DNA from: Candidatus Poseidoniales archaeon
Lineage (GTDB): Archaea > Thermoplasmatota > Poseidoniia > Poseidoniales > Poseidoniaceae
Direction of reading: 5' to 3'
DNA length: 64,000 nt
Assembly: GCA_038116375.1 (NCBI GenBank)
Contig: JAYNUQ010000005.1
Span: 14,036-78,035, forward strand
This document shows, piece by piece, positions 1 through 9,368 of the stretch (position 1 is the stretch's first letter; each line of letters starts with the position of its first letter). A program made the translations under genes and the position numbers. Under the pieces are notes generated by a model, which made no database searches, had not been told where the DNA came from, and saw nothing but the letters and a program-made list of their open reading frames with translations.

Positions 1-1552
1 CCTCGAAATGACCGTCGACGATGAACCCGAGCGGTTGACGTTGCCGCAATGGAACTTCTACACCTCCGACGGATGCCGTGTTCAATCCGGCACTTACACC
101 GTCATCGCCGAATTGCCCGAACAGGGGATGGTCACCACGCAACACATCGAATACACGTCAATGGACACCCGTTCATGTGGCGATGTCAACACCGCAGAAA
201 TGGATGCAACATTGTCGTGGCTGGACGAATCCACCCTCAGCGTTGAAACCTCGATGTCCAGTGAAGGACAGGACTACATGCGCATGTCTCACCCGTGTGC
301 GTTCGAAGTGGAGTTCGTCAATCTCGACGACGAGGTCGTTCACCGCTTCCGAACCCTCTGCGATGCCTACGACGGGCGGAAGATTTTGCTTCCCTCAAAT
401 GCAGAACCCCTGCGGTTTGATGCGCTGGACATCAGCATGATTCAAGACGGTACGGCCTTGCTGCCAGACGGACAGTACACCCTCGATTTGACCGTCCTCT
501 CCCCCACCACGGCAACGACCAGTTTGCCCTTTACATGGCCGCAAGATTTCGTTGAAACGACCACGGAAGAGGAGCCCACACAAACCGTTGCTGAACCGTT
601 TGAGCTCACGGGTACATGGACGGGCCTTTCCACCGACGAAGGCACCTGTCACGTGCTTGAAAACGGTGGCGAGATGTACCTCCTTTCGAATGCAAAAACC
701 CTCTCGTCGTGGCTGCCAAGCGCAGAAATGCAAGGCCTCTATGTTGTTCAGGTAGCGACCCCTTCACCGGCTTGTTCTGACTTCCTTGCATCTTCGGTGG
801 AAGTGGTTGAGGTTCGTATGGAACAGCCCCTTATCGCCGACGATGACCAACAAGCAGCAGCACCCGTTGAAGAATTGGCTCCCGTCGTTGAAGAAACGCC
901 CGTGGTGGCCGTTGTCTCCGTGGTTGTCACCGCTTCGTTGCTCTCACTGCTCGTTGTGGCCACGGCGACCAACGAAGGGCTTCGACTTCCAGCGACCATG
1001 GCTGGGTTGTGGTTCCTTGGACTTCTTGGCAAAACGCATGAGACCACCGATGGGCGCTACCAGCGCGGACGTTTGATGGGGTACCTTACCGCGAATCCTG
1101 GATGCCATTTCCGAGCGCTCATGAACGCCCTCAACATGAGTAACGGACAGATCACGCACCATCTCCGTATCCTTGAAGCCGAAGAACACGTCTGGCGAAA
1201 GGGTGATGGACGACTGGTTCGCTTCTATCCCCTCACCAACCAACTTCACCCGAACACGCGAGAGGAAGACCTTCCTGTTCCACCGCTCTCTCCCGACCCC
1301 AACAGTTTGCAAGGCAAAATCCTCAACTTGCTTGACGAGGACGGCGGCTTGGGTCAATTCCCGACACAAGCCGAGTTGGCCAAGCGTCTTGAGAAGAGTC
1401 AACAATTGATTTCGCACCACCTGCGAACGCTCCAGAAATACGGTTTGGTCGAACGCCGAAAGATGGGCGTCAAGAATCGCTACAAATTAACAAGAGAAGC
1501 GATTTTCCTTCTGGAGACCAGCGGAGACTTCGCTCACGAAGATGTCCTTTGA
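1..1552 (+). CDS. membrane-anchored protein with two C-terminal winged-helix DNA-binding domains; N-terminus probably truncated by the window edge
   Basis: ORF 8..1552 with the frame open back to base 2 (no upstream stop). One hydrophobic helix (PVVAVVSVVVTASLLSLLVVATA). Two wHTH-like segments follow it (…NMSNGQITHHLRILEAEEHVWRK… and …QFPTQAELAKRLEKSQQLISHHLRTLQKYGLVERR). Confidence 0.5.
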   Translation, partial: LEMTVDDEPERLTLPQWNFYTSDGCRVQSGTYTVIAELPEQGMVTTQHIEYTSMDTRSCGDVNTAEMDATLSWLDESTLSVETSMSSEGQDYMRMSHPCAFEVEFVNLDDEVVHRFRTLCDAYDGRKILLPSNAEPLRFDALDISMIQDGTALLPDGQYTLDLTVLSPTTATTSLPFTWPQDFVETTTEEEPTQTVAEPFELTGTWTGLSTDEGTCHVLENGGEMYLLSNAKTLSSWLPSAEMQGLYVVQVATPSPACSDFLASSVEVVEVRMEQPLIADDDQQAAAPVEELAPVVEETPVVAVVSVVVTASLLSLLVVATATNEGLRLPATMAGLWFLGLLGKTHETTDGRYQRGRLMGYLTANPGCHFRALMNALNMSNGQITHHLRILEAEEHVWRKGDGRLVRFYPLTNQLHPNTREEDLPVPPLSPDPNSLQGKILNLLDEDGGLGQFPTQAELAKRLEKSQQLISHHLRTLQKYGLVERRKMGVKNRYKLTREAIFLLETSGDFAHEDVL

Positions 1553-1637
1553 TGTGGTCGTTCACGGCCAAAAGAAGGCGTGGATTTCATAGCGTAATGG
1601 ACGGTGGGGCGGCATGTCCAGTGGACGGTGAACCCTG

Positions 1638-4463
1638 ATGTCGGCCGAAACAACCCCCGTCGACGAGGTTGGCTGGCAGAAGCAGTGGGACGACGCTGCC
1701 CTGTTCCACAGCAACATCCACAGCGACCGTCCGAAGTTCTACTGTCTCGAAATGTACCCCTATCCGTCGGGAAAAATGCACATGGGCCATGTTCGCAACT
1801 ATTCCATCGGCGATGCGGTCGCTCGCTTCAAGCGCCTCATGGGCTTCGATGTACTCTATCCCATGGGCTTTGACTCCTTTGGTATGCCAGCCGAAAACGC
1901 CGCCATCGCCGAAGGCGGTCACCCTCACGATATCACCGAGCGAAACATGGCTTCCATCACCGAGCAGATCAAGCGCATGGGCTTCTCCTATGATTGGCGC
2001 CGCACCCTCAAGAGCCACGACCCACGCTATTACAAGTGGAATCAGTGGTTTTTCACGAAATTCATGGAAAACGGGCTCGCAACACGGGAATTCGCCCCGG
2101 TGAACTGGTGCACCTCATGCACCACCGTGCTCGCCAACGAGCAGGTCAAGGCCGGGCGTTGCTGGCGGTGCAACGGGCCTGTTATGCAGAAGGAAATGAG
2201 CCAGTGGTTCCTCAATCTCCCCGTTTACGGACAGGAACTTCAGGACGGTCTTGAGACCATCAATTTCCCTGAAAACGTCAAATCCCTTCAACAAGATTGG
2301 CTCGGTCGTTCAGAAGGGGCCAACATTCTCTTTGGTATTGTTGGTTCTGAAGACGATATTGAGGTCTTCACCACCCGTCCGGATACACTGTTCGGAGCCA
2401 CGTTTGTAACGCTTGCACCCGAACATCCGCTCGCAGCCTCGCTGGTGGCAGGAACCGAACACGAAGACGCATGGAGGACCCTGCACGACGAAGTCTCAGC
2501 CAGTTCTGAATTTGATCGCATCAAGAACATGAACAAGAAGAAAGGTGTGTTCTCAGGCAGGTATGCCGTTCATCCTCTCACAGGTGCACACGTCCCCATT
2601 TGGTTTGGTAACTTTGTCATTGCGACCTACGGAACCGGGGCCGTGATGGCGGTTCCCGGACACGACGAACGCGATTTTGATTTCGCTCAACAATACGACA
2701 TTCCCATTCGACGCGTGCTCGTGATGGATGAGAACGGCGATGCTTCAGCGCCCATGGCGAAGGCCGAAACCGATCTTGGCTGGATGGTCAACAGTCCGAT
2801 GGAAGGGTTTGACGGTCTTTACGGCGGTGAAGCGAAGGCAGCGATTTGTCAAGCGCTCGAAACCAAGGAGCGTGGACATCAGACCATCAACTGGAAAATT
2901 CGCCCTTGGCTCATCTCTCGCCAGCGATACTGGGGCACACCCATCCCAGCCATCCACTGCGGCACTTGCGGTGTGGTCCCCGTCCCGGAAGAGGATTTAC
3001 CGGTTGAACTTCCTCGAGACGTCGTGTTCGGTCAGGGAAATCCGCTTGAAACATCGGAAACGTTCCTGAATGTTTCATGCCCCACATGCGGCGGCGATGC
3101 TCGCCGAGAAACCGACACCATGGACACCTTCATCGATTCCTCCTGGTATTTCCTGCGCTACACCGACGCCTTGAACGACGACGAGCCGTTCGCAAAACAA
3201 ATCGCTGACCATTGGATGCAGGTGGATTTCTATTGCGGCGGAATTGAACACGCCCAGATGCACCTCATCTACGCCCGCTTCATGACCAAGGCCCTCCGAG
3301 ACCTCGGCTTGACGACCGTTGACGAGCCGTTTAACGAACTTCTTTGTCAGGGCATGGTCAACAAATCCGCACCCTTCTGTCCCTCGTGTGGCGTCACGCT
3401 TTCAACGTCCTATGAAGGCTCACCGTGTCCACATTGCGATGGCGAACTCGGTTCGCGCTCTGCGAAAATGAGCAAGTCGCTGGGCAACACCGTCTCACCT
3501 GAGGAGATGATTGAACGCTACGGTGCCGATACCGTCCGCTTGTTCATTCTCTTCGCTGCAAACCCCACGGCGGGTATGGACTGGTCCGATACAGCCTTGG
3601 ACGCAAACCATCGCGTGATGATGCAAATGCGAACCATGCCCGAACAACTCATGGCGTGGTCGGGTGAATCCTCACCGATGGATGACTGGCTGGACGCACG
3701 GTTCACACAACGTCTTCTCGAGTTCTCAGAGGCCATGGAAGATTACGACCTTCGACGGGCGGTTGAACTCTCTCACTACGAGGTCATCAAGGACATCAAC
3801 TGGTACGTTCGTCGAGGAGGTGCGAACACGACCCTCGCCAAGCGCTGGCTTCCGCTTTGGGCGCAGATGGTGTCGGTGTCAACGCCGCACATGGCGGAAG
3901 AGTGGTGGGCTTCGTTCGCCTCGTGCGAGGGCCTTGTTTCAGGAAGCCAAATGTCCATTCCCAACCCCCTGAACGAAGTTCAGCAACTCACGCTTTCGGG
4001 TGAGCAATACATCCGTGATGTGCTTGAGCAGGCACGTAAAGTACGGGTGGTCGCCGAACGTCATCTTGGTGCACCTGCCACCGAAGCGACCTTTGTCGTC
4101 GCTCCATCATGGAAGCGCGAGATGGCCACCGCCGCTCTGTCATTTATCGGCGAAGGGGGCCATCCCAAGCAGTTCATTCCGGTGTTGCAGGAACTCCCCA
4201 TCGCCCAAGGCGAGCGAAAAGGAGAGATGATGGGCTTCTGGGGCAAGAAAATGCTCCCTCAAGTGTTCAAGTGGGACGATGCATCACGGGATGTCATCCG
4301 TTCGAACATGGATGAAGCAGATGTCCTTTCAGCATCCGCAGCGTTCATTGCGAAGGAACTCCAACTCTCCTCGGTTCGTATCGTGGTGGGTGAGAGCGAG
4401 GACGACAGCACCGGGCGCGCCGGCTCAGCCATGCCTCTCTCCCCTGCGGTCGTCTATGCGTGA
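1638..4463 (+). CDS. leuS: leucyl-tRNA synthetase (archaeal type)
   Basis: 941 aa. HIGH-type motif HMGHVRNYSIGD, KMSKS motif (AKMSKSLGN), Zn-binding CxxC pairs. Length typical of archaeal LeuRS. Confidence 0.93.
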   Translation: MSAETTPVDEVGWQKQWDDAALFHSNIHSDRPKFYCLEMYPYPSGKMHMGHVRNYSIGDAVARFKRLMGFDVLYPMGFDSFGMPAENAAIAEGGHPHDITERNMASITEQIKRMGFSYDWRRTLKSHDPRYYKWNQWFFTKFMENGLATREFAPVNWCTSCTTVLANEQVKAGRCWRCNGPVMQKEMSQWFLNLPVYGQELQDGLETINFPENVKSLQQDWLGRSEGANILFGIVGSEDDIEVFTTRPDTLFGATFVTLAPEHPLAASLVAGTEHEDAWRTLHDEVSASSEFDRIKNMNKKKGVFSGRYAVHPLTGAHVPIWFGNFVIATYGTGAVMAVPGHDERDFDFAQQYDIPIRRVLVMDENGDASAPMAKAETDLGWMVNSPMEGFDGLYGGEAKAAICQALETKERGHQTINWKIRPWLISRQRYWGTPIPAIHCGTCGVVPVPEEDLPVELPRDVVFGQGNPLETSETFLNVSCPTCGGDARRETDTMDTFIDSSWYFLRYTDALNDDEPFAKQIADHWMQVDFYCGGIEHAQMHLIYARFMTKALRDLGLTTVDEPFNELLCQGMVNKSAPFCPSCGVTLSTSYEGSPCPHCDGELGSRSAKMSKSLGNTVSPEEMIERYGADTVRLFILFAANPTAGMDWSDTALDANHRVMMQMRTMPEQLMAWSGESSPMDDWLDARFTQRLLEFSEAMEDYDLRRAVELSHYEVIKDINWYVRRGGANTTLAKRWLPLWAQMVSVSTPHMAEEWWASFASCEGLVSGSQMSIPNPLNEVQQLTLSGEQYIRDVLEQARKVRVVAERHLGAPATEATFVVAPSWKREMATAALSFIGEGGHPKQFIPVLQELPIAQGERKGEMMGFWGKKMLPQVFKWDDASRDVIRSNMDEADVLSASAAFIAKELQLSSVRIVVGESEDDSTGRAGSAMPLSPAVVYA

Positions 4464-7139
4464 TCACGCTTCTTCGTCCATGGAAGGACGAGGCGGTGCG
4501 GGCTCGAATCCAGGCGGCATCTTTGGCAGGGGGGGCCCGGGCCGCTTGGTGTTGGTGTAGACGGCGTAGACGATGACGGCGCCTGCGAGCAAGAAGACCA
4601 AGGTGGACAAGCCGATGCCGCTCTCTTCCGATTCATCAGAAGAAGCCATGTCGTCGGTGGGGCAACCCCGCTCATCGACGGTGCTGCCCAACGGCGAACT
4701 TAAACAGAAATCGAAGGCATTCACGACGCCGTCGTCATCGTCGTCCAACTGGTATTGACTGCATCCGTTGGATGAGACTTGCTCGGACGCATCCGTGTTC
4801 GGGCACCGGTCCAACGGGTCAAGCACACCGTCCTGGTCGTCATCGTCGTCTTCAACGGCATCGATGCATCCGTCTCCATCGTAGTCCTGGCCAGTCTGTG
4901 CCGCTCCGATCAACCCGCGCGGGCATCGGTCGATGGGATCTTTGATGCCGTCTTGGTCGTCGTCATCGTCTTCGAGGTCATCATGACACCCGTCTCCATC
5001 GTGGTCAAAGGTGGCTGCATCATCGCCCCAATTTTTCTCACCGAGCGGACAGGCATCGTTTTCGTCGAGCACAGCATCGTCATCGTCGTCATCGTCAGCG
5101 GTGTCGTCTAGGCAACCGTCACTGTCGTAATCGTTCCATGAGAACGAGACCCAATCGTCGATGTCGTTGGGGCAGTTGTCGTCGGGAATGCTGATGCCGT
5201 CGCCGTCTTTGTCTTCATCGCATGCATCGCCCACGCCGTCGTTGTCAAGGTCGGCTTGTGTCGGGTTGGCAATGTTGGGACAATTGTCTGCCTGGTCCAC
5301 GAAACTGTCTCCATCGCCGTCGATATCGGAACACCCGTCAGACTCAATGTCACTCTCCTCCGTTGAGACCCACCCAACCGGGCCTTTGGGGCACAGGTCG
5401 TACTCGTCGAAAATGCCGTCTTCGTCGTCGTCAAGGTCTTCGGTAAGGTCACGGCATCCGTCGCTGTCGTGGTCGGACATGGAATTTGCAACCCACCCGA
5501 CATCGCCCGTGGGACAATCGTCGTCAACATCGGGAACTCCATCGCCGTCAATGTCGTCGTCGCACAGGTCTCCGAAGGCGTCGTTGTCGAGGTTGGCCTG
5601 GTCGCTGTTGGACAATTTCGGACAGTTGTCCAACCCATCAAGAACGCCGTCAAAATCCAGATCCGTCTCATACAACCACAGACCCATATCGTATTGCTGA
5701 CGCTGGTCAAATGCATGCGTACCGTAGGAACCGTCGCTGTTTGAGATGAAGGAGAGCACCGGGGAACCCGTGGCGCTCACGCTCAGGGCGTCAGGGACAT
5801 CGTCGCCTTGACCACCGGCTGAAATGGCCCAATCCCACGAGGCGTTGGCCTGGCGAAGTCCAAGAAATACATCGTGATGGTTTCCGTCGTTGATGCCGTC
5901 GATGTCTGTTAACGTGTATTCGCCAAGGACAAGGGTGGCGGTCGATTTTCCGACGATGATTGAATCGCCCTGTTCGGTCAGATGGAGTGCGATGGCGTGG
6001 TCGGCCCCAGCACCTCCGAAACCGGTGGCATGAAGCCACGTCCCGTCAGCTGAAACATGAGCTTCGTAGAAGTCGACCCATACCGCTGGTTGGAGTTCTA
6101 CCTCGCCGAAGGTCATGTTCTGAAGGAAGTCGCCGATCACGGCCACTCCACCGCCGTAGCGTCCGTCGCAATCGACCACGGTGGAATCACCAGCCCCGCC
6201 TGCGCCTGCGGCCCACAACCAACCTCCAGCATTGTAGTGGCCAACGGCTACGTTGGAACCGCCTGCGCTGTAGAGGTCGTGTTCACCAAAATTCACCCAC
6301 TCCGCGAAGGTGGTGGCAAAATAGGTATGGCCTGCGTTATCCAGACAAAGCGAACCCGTGCTCTCAAGGTTCTGGCTGGAAAAAACGGTGGTCATGCTGA
6401 CGTGGTTTCCTTGAGCGTCCAGCATCAGGATGGAGACAGAGTCTTCGGAAAGGCTACCGGGTGCCAGGTCTTCTCCTGAAGCCAACGAGTCGCGGTGGAG
6501 CAGGGCGAGGTGAATCTCGTCGTTCGAAAGCACCATCAAATCGACGACCGACATCTGATAGGCGTTGGAATACGATTTGGCCCACAACCATCCACCAAAC
6601 GGCGTCATGGCGGCCAAAAAGACGCCGTTTTCATCTTCATCAGCCGACTTGTTGAGCGGGTCGAGGGTCCCGAGGGTCATGTTGCACGGGTAGTTTTTCG
6701 ACATGCCGCAAAACGATCCGGCTACCAAGATGGTGCCGTCGCTCAATCGACTCATTGCATCGATGCCGTCCAAGCCCCAACTTGTCTCCCGTTTCGTGTC
6801 AACCCACGTGCCGTTTTCATCGACCCACGCCAAGAAGAAATCAATGCCAAAGCTCGAATCCCTACTGGAATACCCGATGACGTCCCCGTGAAACTCCACG
6901 CTTTGCTCAAACATGCCGCCGACGACCATGCTCCCGTTGGGCAAGGCCACCATGTCTCGAATACGCTCGTAACTTTCCCCACCTGCGCTGGCGAGCCAAC
7001 CGCTGGAGTTTTCGGTTGAATGTTCAACCACGGGTGCCGGCTCAAACACCGTCCTCTCGGCATGGAACTCAACGCCCGACAGCGGGCTGACGGCCAGCAT
7101 GCACACGGCCAAAAGAGGGAGGAGTGCTGAGAATCTCAT
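4464..7139 (-). CDS. large secreted, membrane-anchored adhesin-like protein with many thrombospondin-type-3 (DxDxDGxxD) calcium-binding repeats
   Basis: Signal peptide MRFSALLPLLAVCMLAVSPLSG (start taken at the second Met). Beta-propeller-like N-terminal region. About 15 Asp-rich DxDxDG-type repeats. C-terminal TM helix (LSTLVFLLAGAVIVYAVYT) plus a Pro-rich cytoplasmic tail. Confidence 0.8.
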   Translation of the reverse strand: MRFSALLPLLAVCMLAVSPLSGVEFHAERTVFEPAPVVEHSTENSSGWLASAGGESYERIRDMVALPNGSMVVGGMFEQSVEFHGDVIGYSSRDSSFGIDFFLAWVDENGTWVDTKRETSWGLDGIDAMSRLSDGTILVAGSFCGMSKNYPCNMTLGTLDPLNKSADEDENGVFLAAMTPFGGWLWAKSYSNAYQMSVVDLMVLSNDEIHLALLHRDSLASGEDLAPGSLSEDSVSILMLDAQGNHVSMTTVFSSQNLESTGSLCLDNAGHTYFATTFAEWVNFGEHDLYSAGGSNVAVGHYNAGGWLWAAGAGGAGDSTVVDCDGRYGGGVAVIGDFLQNMTFGEVELQPAVWVDFYEAHVSADGTWLHATGFGGAGADHAIALHLTEQGDSIIVGKSTATLVLGEYTLTDIDGINDGNHHDVFLGLRQANASWDWAISAGGQGDDVPDALSVSATGSPVLSFISNSDGSYGTHAFDQRQQYDMGLWLYETDLDFDGVLDGLDNCPKLSNSDQANLDNDAFGDLCDDDIDGDGVPDVDDDCPTGDVGWVANSMSDHDSDGCRDLTEDLDDDEDGIFDEYDLCPKGPVGWVSTEESDIESDGCSDIDGDGDSFVDQADNCPNIANPTQADLDNDGVGDACDEDKDGDGISIPDDNCPNDIDDWVSFSWNDYDSDGCLDDTADDDDDDDAVLDENDACPLGEKNWGDDAATFDHDGDGCHDDLEDDDDDQDGIKDPIDRCPRGLIGAAQTGQDYDGDGCIDAVEDDDDDQDGVLDPLDRCPNTDASEQVSSNGCSQYQLDDDDDGVVNAFDFCLSSPLGSTVDERGCPTDDMASSDESEESGIGLSTLVFLLAGAVIVYAVYTNTKRPGPPLPKMPPGFEPAPPRPSMDEEA
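4740..5720. repeat. imperfect tandem coding repeats (Asp-codon-rich) encoding the TSP3-like repeats of the adhesin
   Basis: Recurrent gtcgtcatcgtcgtc / gacggcatc-type units on the plus strand. They generate spurious overlapping ORFs in several frames. Confidence 0.6.
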
Positions 7140-7228
7140 GCACAAACCATCCACCTCTCGCATAAGAACCCGTCGTGTGCCCGTTCTTCGGGGGAGCCTT
7201 CATTGAGTGTCGGCCAAGGGGAAGAGCG

Positions 7229-8272
7229 ATGAGTGATTCACGACGACAGCGGCGAGGCTCTCGGCAGGGTCGTCAATCCTCCTCAAAAGGCCGATACGGC
7301 GGTCCCAAACGAGCCCACCAAATGGATCGCTACGCCGAGGACATCAAGAAGATGAACAACGCCGCTGAGCAACGCTTCGACCGAACGCCCTTGCCGATGG
7401 CCTTTCCGAAGGACATGGAGGCGCCCAAGACCTTCCGTCTTTCGTGGAAACCCGAACCTGTCCCGCTCAAGGCCGAAGAACGCGTGGCTTCTTTTGTCGT
7501 CAAGCGAGGGGACTTCGGTTGGCTTGAAGACGAGCGGGTTGAGGAAATTGCAACGTTGCTCGATGGGGAGCAGATGACCCTCGACCAGGCACTCTCCCTT
7601 CGTAGTGCTTTGCTGCAACAAAAAACGGTCTATTCCCATCACAAATTGAAGTCCAGGGCGAGAGAACTCGCCCGTCATTATCGAAGCGGCACATCCGTCG
7701 TTGAACTCTCAACAAAGTACGATTTTCCTCCCATGAACATCTTCCGGGTGGTGTTGGAGGCCATGGGGTGGTCCAAAAAACGAATCAAGGACAGTTTGCG
7801 TAATCCTTCGTCCATGAAACAACGCGAACGTGACGAATTTGAGGCTGCCGAGGCAGCCGACCGAGTTTCAAGCGTTGACCAATCCGAAACCCAAGTCAAA
7901 GCCGACTTGTTTGAGGATATTTTGGCCGATTGGTTTGAGGCTCAAGGCATCCGCCTGCGACGCCAACCTGAGATGGTCAAGGAACAGTCGGAATTGCTCG
8001 GGCGCCCTGTTCGTACGCCAGACTTGCTCTTCTTGGACCACGTCTACATCAACGACCAACCCGTGGCATGGATTGACGCCAAACACTTCTACGGGGCCGA
8101 TGTTGAATTTCAACGCAAGAAGATGAAGAAACAGATGAATCGGTACATCGAGGAATGGGGCAGCGGGGCCATCATGTTCCGGCACGGCTTCTCTGAGAAC
8201 CTGTTCATGCCGGGCGTGTTGATGCTCGATGCAGCCCCCATCGACCTTTCAGGTCTTACGTCTGAGGACTGA
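7229..8272 (+). CDS. CDIN1/TPD-motif family protein with a C-terminal PD-(D/E)xK nuclease-like domain
   Basis: ORF 7175..8272; start moved to the Met of MSDSRRQRRG because 7175 lies 11 bp from the divergent adhesin start. C-terminal TPDLLFLDHVYINDQPVAWIDAKHFYG matches the TPD...(D/E)xK signature of the CDIN1 (C15orf41) family. The N-terminal region is helical and basic. Confidence 0.55.
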   Translation: MSDSRRQRRGSRQGRQSSSKGRYGGPKRAHQMDRYAEDIKKMNNAAEQRFDRTPLPMAFPKDMEAPKTFRLSWKPEPVPLKAEERVASFVVKRGDFGWLEDERVEEIATLLDGEQMTLDQALSLRSALLQQKTVYSHHKLKSRARELARHYRSGTSVVELSTKYDFPPMNIFRVVLEAMGWSKKRIKDSLRNPSSMKQRERDEFEAAEAADRVSSVDQSETQVKADLFEDILADWFEAQGIRLRRQPEMVKEQSELLGRPVRTPDLLFLDHVYINDQPVAWIDAKHFYGADVEFQRKKMKKQMNRYIEEWGSGAIMFRHGFSENLFMPGVLMLDAAPIDLSGLTSED

Positions 8273-9368
8273 CCGGCGCCAGTGCGGTTGAGAAGTGGGC
8301 AAACCCCTGCTGTTCGACCTTCATGGCGACCTCATTCAATTCGTCGGCGTTGACCGCGGCGTCCAGCCGACGAGGAACCACGACCACCGAACTTCCGAGC
8401 ATGCAGAGACGAACGGCGAGGGAGGCTTGAGCCCCCACGTCCTGAACGGCTTCCAGCGTGGCCTTGTAGAGACGAGCGCGTTCGTCTTCTTCCAGCATGC
8501 CAGACGCCGAGGCAAACATGCGGGATTGCGTCAAAACCTCCGGCCAGCGCCCGCTCTCCCATGATTTGGCCGCCAAGACATCCACGCAAGCATCACCAGC
8601 GGCGGTGATGGACGCTTGCCAGCGAGGGTCATCAATGTAGGTTGATGTGTGGCGTTCTTCGTTGGGGTCCCAAATCAGCAACACGGGCGCTTCGGCTGCA
8701 AAACTTACCGCCTGACCGGGCCAGCCAGGCGCTCCCGGAGCGAGACGAAGTTCCACGCCTCCAACGGAGGCCCCGAGTACATCTCCAAGTCCAGCACCGT
8801 GGTTTCGTTCGATTCTGTGTGCGATTTTGAGGTACTGAAGCAAGCGTCCACGTCCGGTGAGTGCATGGACGGTTTTACCCAGAGCGATCAGTCCAGCAGC
8901 CGACATGCCAAACCCTTGGCTGGTTGGACATTCGAGTTGAACCTCAACATCCAACCACTCGTTTGACCGTAACAACGTGGCTTCTCGGCACGCTTCAATA
9001 AAATCAAGGTACAAATCCACGTTCTCAAGGTGCATTCCCTGCATGGAGCGAACCGACACCTGGGAAGGGTTCGTTTCAGTTTCTGGCGGTGGAGTGTCGG
9101 GCTTCACGCCGTGCATCCTTCCAGAATCGTCACGTTGGCTTCGGTGAAGGGTTCCTTTGGCTTCCACGCCGTGGAGAATGGAAAAACCGGCCCCCCTACT
9201 GCCTTGACTTCGTTTCATGGCGCTTGATTTGTCAACGGTGAACAGCAGGGTGATGTGCCCCCCACATCGCTGAACGGTGGTGCGCGTCATCTCTTCGAGC
9301 GACAGAGCGGTGGCTGATGAAAACTCCGCGGCCTTCGCTTCAAGCAAGGGCGGAAGCGAGGTCATCAC
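8256..9368 (-). CDS. GHMP-kinase family protein (pantoate kinase, mevalonate-type kinase or archaeal shikimate kinase); true start may be the internal Met near 9290
   Basis: GHMP motif-2-like SQGFGMSAAGLIALGKT and motif-3-like GAGLGDVLGASVGGVE. Lies immediately downstream of rpoD. Confidence 0.55.
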   Translation of the reverse strand: MMTSLPPLLEAKAAEFSSATALSLEEMTRTTVQRCGGHITLLFTVDKSSAMKRSQGSRGAGFSILHGVEAKGTLHRSQRDDSGRMHGVKPDTPPPETETNPSQVSVRSMQGMHLENVDLYLDFIEACREATLLRSNEWLDVEVQLECPTSQGFGMSAAGLIALGKTVHALTGRGRLLQYLKIAHRIERNHGAGLGDVLGASVGGVELRLAPGAPGWPGQAVSFAAEAPVLLIWDPNEERHTSTYIDDPRWQASITAAGDACVDVLAAKSWESGRWPEVLTQSRMFASASGMLEEDERARLYKATLEAVQDVGAQASLAVRLCMLGSSVVVVPRRLDAAVNADELNEVAMKVEQQGFAHFSTALAPVSPQT

